DNA of 26,997 nt, from contig CAWHOE010000009.1 of NCBI GenBank assembly GCA_963830915.1, positions 1 to 26,997 on the forward strand. Direction: 5' to 3'. Every line of letters starts with the position of its first letter. The stretch's first letter is position 1. The stretch comes from a candidate division FCPU426 bacterium. GTDB lineage: Bacteria; Oederibacteriota; Muellerivitia; Muellerivitales; Muellerivitaceae. The translations under genes were made by a program, and so were the position numbers. The notes under the pieces were generated by a model. That model saw nothing but the letters and a program-made list of their open reading frames with translations. It was not told the DNA's origin and made no database searches. This document shows, piece after piece, positions 8,181 through 14,405 of this stretch.

Positions 8181-8879
8181 ATGAAGAAACGTAATTTAAA
8201 AATATATAATTTCCATTCCCATTATGTCCTGGCCTTTTTATTCGCCGGCTTTGGATTTATGTCCATTAATCAATTAGTTGCCACCCCTTTTGCGAGCGGG
8301 ACTTGGCTGGTAACCGGGCTTTTCGTGTCGGCAAGCTGGTTTTTCATTACTCCTGCCGTAACTTTTTACCCGGATGGTTTTAAAACGAGGATTTCTATGC
8401 GAAGGATTACCTGGAATGATATCCGTTATGTCACCATTGATGAGTATCTTAGGTCCCACTTTTGGTTGGTTTTTTATCGAAGCCCCTCGCCCCAAGCCGG
8501 TAAGGTTCTATTTATGCTCCGATATGATCATTACCCTTTTGGCGCGGCGATGGATTACCTACAGGCGAAAATCCCTAAAAGAAAATTCAGCCGTAAGGCA
8601 TGGCGCGTGGTGCAGGAGAAAATCAGCCCTGCCCAGGCTTACTTAGGGAAAGGATACATGCTTAATGTTTACGGCTGGGTTTTTTTGACCTTGTGGATGA
8701 TAGCTTTTTTGGTTTTGTTCTTTTTGTATCCTGGATTATTTGCGATATTTAACTTAGGCAATACTCAACAAGCTTTCCTTTGGTTTTTATTAATGATCGT
8801 CCCACTATTTCTAGAGGCGGGCTTCACGGGCTGGTGGGCAAAGAATCATTTGAAAAAAGAAGGTTTGGACCATCAGTAA
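8181..8879 (+). CDS. Hypothetical 4-TM membrane protein with central PH-like domain
   Basis: Two TM helices, then 'TFYPDGFKT...RRITWNDIRYV', then two TM helices. Confidence 0.55.
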   Translation: MKKRNLKIYNFHSHYVLAFLFAGFGFMSINQLVATPFASGTWLVTGLFVSASWFFITPAVTFYPDGFKTRISMRRITWNDIRYVTIDEYLRSHFWLVFYRSPSPQAGKVLFMLRYDHYPFGAAMDYLQAKIPKRKFSRKAWRVVQEKISPAQAYLGKGYMLNVYGWVFLTLWMIAFLVLFFLYPGLFAIFNLGNTQQAFLWFLLMIVPLFLEAGFTGWWAKNHLKKEGLDHQ

Positions 8880-8889
8880 CCAGTTTTCC

Positions 8890-8919
8890 TTGTCCACGAC
8901 GGGGACCCATCGTGGACAT
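8890..8919 (+). repeat. Palindromic inter-gene site 7 (TTGTCCACGAC-GGGGACCC-ATCGTGGACAT)
   Basis: Read directly; last site of the array. Confidence 0.95.
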
Positions 8920-9173
8920 AGAGATCCTTCCAGTTTAATTAATTCGTTCTTCCAATCCGCGTTTCCCCTTTGATCCTCTGATACCCCTTTTTTAGCATCG
9001 TCTTTGACCCGGCGGATAGGGTTGACCGGCCCCGGTCACCCCTCGGCCAGCCTTTGACGGGCCCCGGTCGGCTTTGACCGGCATCCCCCTTCACTAAAGT
9101 TTCGGGGGACAGGCCGACATCCCTATCGGAAAAGTCGGGTTACCCCTCCCTAGCCGGCTGCTAGTTAGCGTCT

Positions 9174-9452
9174 TTCCGCCGGAGAGGGCGGTCATTCCGC
9201 CGGAGAGGGCGGTTATTCCGCCGGGTGGACGGGGCCTTTCCGCCGGAGGGGATGGTTATTCCGCCGGGTGGACGGAGCTTTTCCGCCGGAGAGGGCGGTT
9301 ATTCCGCCGGGTGGACGGGGCCTTTCCGCCGGAGGGGGTGGTAATTCCGCCGGGTGGACGGAGCTTTTCCGCCGGAGAGGGCGGTTATTCCGCCGGGTGG
9401 ACGGGGCCTTTCCGCCGGAGGGGATGGTTATTCCGCCGGGCGGACGGGGTCT
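9174..9452. repeat. Tandem array A: 13 units of 21/22 bp starting TTCCGCCGG, with 43- and 86-bp higher-order periods
   Basis: Units alternate between TTCCGCCGGAGRGGRYGGTHA (21 nt) and TTCCGCCGGGYGGACGGRGYYT (22 nt). Confidence 0.95.
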
Positions 9453-9456
9453 TTCC

Positions 9457-10225
9457 GCACCGGGCCTTTATATCTTAGGCCCGGTACAACTAAACCCCGT
9501 GTCTCGGCTGGAAACCTCGACACAAGTGCCATCGGAAAGGCCAGGCTACCCATCGGAAGGGGTTTCCCGTCCATCGGAAAGGCTAGGCTACCCCTCGGAA
9601 GAGGTGTTTCCGAGCCTCGGAAAGGCCAAGCTACCCATCGGAAGGGGTTTCCCGTCCATCGGAAAGGCTAGGCTACCCCTCAGAAGAGGTGTTTCCGAGC
9701 CTCGGAAAGGCCGGGCTACCCATCGGAAGGGGTTTCCCGCACCGGGCCTTTATATCTTAGGCCCGGTACAACTAAACCCCGTGTCTCGGCTGGAAACCTC
9801 GACACAAGTGCCATCGGAAAGGCCAGGCTACCCATCGGAAGGGGTTTCCCGTCCATCGGAAAGGCTAGGCTACCCCTCGGAAGAGGTGTTTCCGAGCCTC
9901 GGAAAGGCCAAGCTACCCATCGGAAGGGGTTTCCCGTCCATCGGAAAGGCTAGGCTACCCCTCAGAAGAGGTGTTTCCGAGCCTCGGAAAGGCCGGGCTA
10001 CCCATCGGAAGGGGTTTCCCGCACCGGGCCTTTATATCTTAGGCCCGGTACAACTAAACCCCGTGTCTCGGCTGGAAACCTCGACACAAGTGCCATCGGA
10101 AAGGCCAGGCTACCCATCGGAAGGGGTTTCCCGTCCATCGGAAAGGCCAGGCTGTCCATCGGAAGGGGTTTCCCGCACCGGGCCTTTATATTTTAGGCCC
10201 GGTACAACTAAACCCCGTGTCTCGG
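9457..10225. repeat. Tandem array B: 72-bp hairpin module at 9457, 9739, 10021 and 10175, separated by 10, 10 and 4 subunits of ~21 bp (core CCATCGGAA)
   Basis: Periods are 282, 282 and 154 bp; the two 282-bp units appear identical by eye. Confidence 0.95.
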
Positions 10226-10377
10226 TCTGTACCAACTGTTATTCAGTTGGCAATGCCAGGATTTACCCTTCACCTGGTGGGTGAAGGGTAGGCAGATAGA
10301 CATCGACACAAGTGCAATGGGAAAGACAGGACCCCCGTTGGCATTATTAAGGGCGGTTGATGGGTGAAGGTAAGCCA

Positions 10378-10995
10378 TCAAAAATCCTCTGAAATAACCC
10401 GTTCTGCCTCAAAGGGTAGAACGGCCCGATTTTTGACCTCGGCCCATTTCCTGATATCGGTCTCCTCGATGGAAATGTTCTTGGGATCGCTGATGAAAAT
10501 AAGCAAAAACCGGCCGGTCGGTATTTGGTAGTGGATGGCGGCTAAAGTCCTACGAACATCCTTGTTCTCCCAGGTGAATAAGTCCAACCCGTTTACCCCA
10601 TCCTTGCCGATAACAGGTTCGCCGTATTTTGTGGCTAAACAGTTATAAAAATACGGAACGGCATGGTCGTCTACGTAATGGCGGCCCACCTCTCCGACCG
10701 ATACGCGGATGTTGGTCAATAGGTTCTGGGGGCTGAAATCAAACCTGAGGGAGGCGTCATAGTGGTTGATGGTGGTGGAGGCAAATAACGGATTAGAGTT
10801 GGTTGATTGCGGGGTAAGAACATAAGAGGAATCGGCGTTCAGACATTCCAAAACCTGGGATTTGGACATACCCAGGTTGATGGTCCTGAAGCCGTTGGGG
10901 GCTTTCTCGAAATGCTTGTGGGAACAGGAGACGGTAAGAAGCAAGCCACAGATAAGGACTATGAATTTTGAATAAACGAAAAAAGAACGAATCAT
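10378..10995 (-). CDS. Hypothetical lipoprotein
   Basis: Start re-called at MIRSFF because the upstream extension runs through a repeat element; lipobox-like 'LLLTVSC'; 'GFRTINLGMSKSQV'. Confidence 0.6.
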   Translation of the reverse strand: MIRSFFVYSKFIVLICGLLLTVSCSHKHFEKAPNGFRTINLGMSKSQVLECLNADSSYVLTPQSTNSNPLFASTTINHYDASLRFDFSPQNLLTNIRVSVGEVGRHYVDDHAVPYFYNCLATKYGEPVIGKDGVNGLDLFTWENKDVRRTLAAIHYQIPTGRFLLIFISDPKNISIEETDIRKWAEVKNRAVLPFEAERVISEDF

Positions 10996-11000
10996 TTTTT

Positions 11001-11097
11001 GCCACCGATTAACACCGATCAACACCGATTGGGATTTAAAAAAACAATAAACAATTTGGCTTTTTCTCATCTGTGTTTATCTGTGTTCATCTGTGGC
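11001..11097. repeat. REPIN/MITE-like inverted-repeat element whose arms are 3 x ~10-bp tandem units
   Basis: GCCACCGATTAACACCGATCAACACCGAT (11001-11029) vs reverse complement of 11069-11097, GCCACAGATGAACACAGATAAACACAGAT: 24/29 identical. Confidence 0.85.
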
Positions 11098-11116
11098 TAA
11101 TTTTGAGGGTTGGTTT

Positions 11117-11671
11117 TTAAACCAGCAATAACTCATCATCCGGGGTGAGGAACCGCCATTTGCCGGGTTCCACATCCAGGTTCAACCCGCCGATGCGGAT
11201 CCTCTTGAGGTCCAACACCTTCAAAGGCGTCCCGAACTTCTCATCCTTCATGGTGCCGAACAGACGGCGGATATGACGGTTCTTGCCCTCGTCCAGTACC
11301 ACTTCCAGCTTGGTCTTTGCCCCGCCGCCGCCGATGACCCTTACCTGGAAAACCTTCAGGATCTCGCCGGAATTTTCCACGCCCTTCAGGGCCAATTTCA
11401 TGTGCTTGTCGGTCACGATACCCCGCACGAAGACCTCGTAGGTCTTCAAACAACCCCCGGGGGTGGTGAGACGGTCGGCCAATTTATCGTTACGGGTGAA
11501 AAGTAAAAGACCCTTGGAATCCATATCCAGACGTCCCACGGGTTTCCAATGGCTCTCATAGGCCCATTCGGGTACGAGCTGATAGACGGTCTTGCGGTCC
11601 TTCTCGTCGGAACGGGTGACCACATACCCTTTGGGCTTATTGAGCATGAGAAGCTTGGGTTTTATTTCCAT
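11117..11671 (-). CDS. RsuA/RluE-family pseudouridine synthase lacking the S4 domain
   Basis: 'LNKPKGYVVT', 'PVGRLDMDSKGLLLFT' (catalytic Asp), 'LDEGKNRHIRR', 'LKRIRIG'. Confidence 0.9.
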   Translation of the reverse strand: MEIKPKLLMLNKPKGYVVTRSDEKDRKTVYQLVPEWAYESHWKPVGRLDMDSKGLLLFTRNDKLADRLTTPGGCLKTYEVFVRGIVTDKHMKLALKGVENSGEILKVFQVRVIGGGGAKTKLEVVLDEGKNRHIRRLFGTMKDEKFGTPLKVLDLKRIRIGGLNLDVEPGKWRFLTPDDELLLV

Positions 11672-11700
11672 AATCCGAATAACCTATCTTGAAAGTGTGA

Positions 11701-13110
11701 TCAACGAACGAGGGTCTGGAATATCTTTTCGGCGGCGGTCTGTCCCGCGGCGATGGCGTCCGGGATACCGCTTCCTTTTATTCCGTTGCCGGCCAGGTAA
11801 AGACCCTTGGTCTCCTCGGCTTTTTGAAGAAGCCGGGCGACCTGGCTTAAATGGCCTGGACGATAATAAGTCATGGAAGAGTTATAGAGGGACAAATGAT
11901 TCATGACCGGCCTGTTCCTGATCCCCAGGACCGGCGTCAATTCCTCCAAAACCTTGTTTAGCAGGCTTTCCTCCCCTTTTTTCGCCAGGCTGACCGCCTC
12001 GGCGCCCAGGAAAACCCTCAGGAGGACGTAACCGTCGGGAGCCCTTCCCTCGAATTTGCGGCTGGAGAAACTGCACCCCACGATGAGTTTCTTCTCTATA
12101 GAGGGAACCACGAAACCGAAACCATTCAATAGATGGGTGATGTCCTCCCGGCGGAAACCCAGGTTCAGGGTGGCCGAGTCGTGGGCCGGAATGCCGGATA
12201 AAAGCTTTTGCCATTCGTTGTCCAGGTGGCCGATGAGGGGAAGCATCTTGGAAGGCTGGATGGCCAAAAGGACCGCGTCGGCCTCGATGGAACGGTCGTT
12301 CGCGGATATCTCCCAGGTGCCTTTATCGGAAGTCCGCAGGGATTGGACACCATTCTGCAACCAGAGGGATTCCATGGGTATCTTGGAGGCCATGGCGTCC
12401 ACCAGGGTCTGCATGCCCTTGGGGAAGGTGGCGAAAAGGGAATAACGGGCGCCCGAGACCTTTTTCTGGGAATTCATCCGGCGGTGGGCCATGGCCTTCA
12501 GGAGCGAACCGTGTTTGAGCTCCATGTCCTTGAAGTGGGGCGTGCTGGCGTTGAGGCTGAGTTCGAACGGATCGGCGTTATAGACCCCGCCCACCAGGGG
12601 TTGCGCCAAATGATCCAGGACTTCCCGTCCCAAACGGCGGGTCACGAAATCGCCCACGCTCTCATCCTGGACATCCCGGCGTACCGGGATGAATGGTTCC
12701 ATGGCGGCCCGTAACTTACCCAGCGGGGAAAGAAGGGGGGTGGTCATCAATGGCATGAGGCGGGAAGGCGCCATCATATAGAAGCCTTCGGGAATGGGGC
12801 AAAGCCTGTTGCCCTTGAGAATGAAGGATTGGGAAAGGTTCGGGTTGGTGCCCATCAGTTGAGAATCCAAACCCAGTTGTTTGACCATCGCCATTCCGGC
12901 GGGTTTTTCCGTGAGGAAACAATCCGGGCCTTCCTCCAGCAGGAAGCCGTTCTCTTCCACGGTGCTGACCGTTCCCCCGGGGTTCTTGCCCTCGTCCAGG
13001 ATGTTCAATTCAAGGGTTGTGTTGTTCTTCTGGGCTAATTCCCCCAGGCGCATGGCGGCGGCCAGGCCGCTGACCCCGGCCCCGATAATGACTACCCGGA
13101 ATTGGTTCAC
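11701..13110 (-). CDS. hemY: HemY-type protoporphyrinogen/coproporphyrinogen oxidase
   Basis: FAD motif 'IIGAGVSGLAAA', 'EEGPDCF', 'DESVGDFVTRRLG', 'GMQTLVDAM', 'LAGNGIKGSGIPDAI'. Confidence 0.92.
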   Translation of the reverse strand: MNQFRVVIIGAGVSGLAAAMRLGELAQKNNTTLELNILDEGKNPGGTVSTVEENGFLLEEGPDCFLTEKPAGMAMVKQLGLDSQLMGTNPNLSQSFILKGNRLCPIPEGFYMMAPSRLMPLMTTPLLSPLGKLRAAMEPFIPVRRDVQDESVGDFVTRRLGREVLDHLAQPLVGGVYNADPFELSLNASTPHFKDMELKHGSLLKAMAHRRMNSQKKVSGARYSLFATFPKGMQTLVDAMASKIPMESLWLQNGVQSLRTSDKGTWEISANDRSIEADAVLLAIQPSKMLPLIGHLDNEWQKLLSGIPAHDSATLNLGFRREDITHLLNGFGFVVPSIEKKLIVGCSFSSRKFEGRAPDGYVLLRVFLGAEAVSLAKKGEESLLNKVLEELTPVLGIRNRPVMNHLSLYNSSMTYYRPGHLSQVARLLQKAEETKGLYLAGNGIKGSGIPDAIAAGQTAAEKIFQTLVR

Positions 13111-14042
13111 GCGAGGGCCTCTTCCACCAGCGAGGCCAACATGCCGATAAAGGAAGGATGGGTTCCCACCGTCTTGGCCCGGACCATATGGACCCCGACC
13201 CTTTTGGCCCTTTCCTGGGCCAGGGTGTCGATGTCGTACAGCACTTCCACGTGGTCCACCAAAAAGCCGATGGGGGCCACCACGCAGGCGTTCAGGGATT
13301 CTTTGGCGCGAAGCTCGATGAAATCCCCCAGGTCAGGTTCCAGCCAGGGATCGTCGGGTTTGCCGCTTCGGCTGGTGAAGGCCGTCTGGTAATAGGGCAT
13401 GCCGACCCTTTCGGTGACCCTGGCGGCGGTTTCCTCGAACTGCGCCATATAGGAAGAGGTGTTGGACATGGGACGGGGGATGCTGTGGGTGGTGAAGATA
13501 AGTTCCGCCCGGTTCCTTTCTTTCTCCTTCGCCGTCAACTGGGCATAGGCCGCCTTCACGTTCTGCTCGATAGCGTGGATGAAACCTGTGCGGTCATGCC
13601 ATTCGGGGGCGTAGGTCACGGTCGGGACTGGTTTGCCCTGGCTTTTCAACCCTTCCAAGGCCTCGTCCACCAACAATAAGTATTTGATGAAGGAGGCTGG
13701 ACTGCGGTGGGGGGCCATGATGATGGCGAAAATATCGGTAAGACCCTTCTCGGATAATTCGGCAAGCTTGGCCGCGATGCGTGGTTCGGAATGGGCCAGG
13801 CCGATATGGACCGGAAGGGAAACACCCCGGGAGGCCAGTAGTTTTTCCAGGGCGGAGGCCTGCGCCCGGATGAGGCGGTTGAAGGGGGAAATGCCGCCGA
13901 TCTGGGCGTATTGGCCGGCCACTTTTTCAAGACGCTCGCGAGGGACGGGGGCGTGGCGGACCACGTCCTGCAGGAAGGCCATGACTTCCTCAGGCTTTTC
14001 CGGACCGCCAAAACCGATGAGAAGCACCGCGTCAATTTTCAC
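13107..14042 (-). CDS. hemH: Ferrochelatase
   Basis: 'LLIGFGGPE', 'YAQIGGISP', 'FTTHSIP', 'PWLEPD', 'PIGFLVDHVEVLYDID'. Confidence 0.93.
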   Translation of the reverse strand: MKIDAVLLIGFGGPEKPEEVMAFLQDVVRHAPVPRERLEKVAGQYAQIGGISPFNRLIRAQASALEKLLASRGVSLPVHIGLAHSEPRIAAKLAELSEKGLTDIFAIIMAPHRSPASFIKYLLLVDEALEGLKSQGKPVPTVTYAPEWHDRTGFIHAIEQNVKAAYAQLTAKEKERNRAELIFTTHSIPRPMSNTSSYMAQFEETAARVTERVGMPYYQTAFTSRSGKPDDPWLEPDLGDFIELRAKESLNACVVAPIGFLVDHVEVLYDIDTLAQERAKRVGVHMVRAKTVGTHPSFIGMLASLVEEALA

Positions 14043-14070
14043 GAACGACTCCTAAACCTAAAAACGGCTA

Positions 14071-14267
14071 TTGAACTACCAAGAGCACCATGCCGACCTT
14101 CAATAAAACAAATAATGAGGTCGGTATAGTACCGATTTCCAATATTTTGTTTATTGGAAAATCGGCACAAGAGCACCAAGAACTAATAAAGACTAAATCG
14201 TAAAAATGGCGAAAAACCAAACCTTTTGTTTTGCTTTTCTTGGTGTCTTTGTGTCTTGGTGGTTCAA
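14071..14267. repeat. Nested repeat: a hairpin doublet inserted into the left arm of an inverted-repeat element
   Basis: Outer arms TTGAACTACCAAGAGCAC..CACAAGAGCACCAAGAA and TTCTTGGTGTCTTTGTGTCTTGGTGGTTCAA; inner hairpins at ~14091-14126 and ~14129-14168. Confidence 0.75.
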
Positions 14268-14405
14268 TCTGCCTTTGTTTTTTGGATTTAAAAACAAGCC
14301 ATAGGTTACGACATCAACCATATGGCAAGGATAAAAATCCCAACACAAGCACAAGAGCATAAAGAATTAGTGGTTTTGGCACAAGGGTGGGATCAAGAAG
14401 AGGGG

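Noticed and set aside
3809..8919. CRISPR array (30-bp palindromic repeats)
   Set aside because: The intervals are mostly 343-2067 bp and contain whole genes; no cas genes are present in the window.
3809..8919. Classical integron or CALIN
   Set aside because: The sites are ~30 bp, lack RYYYAAC/GTTRRRY boxes, and no tyrosine integrase is present in the window.
3809..8919. Repeats as plain rho-independent terminators
   Set aside because: Near-identical sequence behind unrelated genes, no consistent U-tract, and hybrid/split copies. A secondary terminator or mRNA-stabilising role is not excluded.
9457..10225. CRISPR-like array with a 72-bp repeat
   Set aside because: The spacers are identical to each other and built from tandem subunits.
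9268..10284. 338-aa repetitive ORF (and 9354..9671)
   Set aside because: It is a translation of DNA repeats. The 282-bp period is a multiple of 3, but the 21/22-bp subunits are read in shifting frames, so there is no protein-level constraint.
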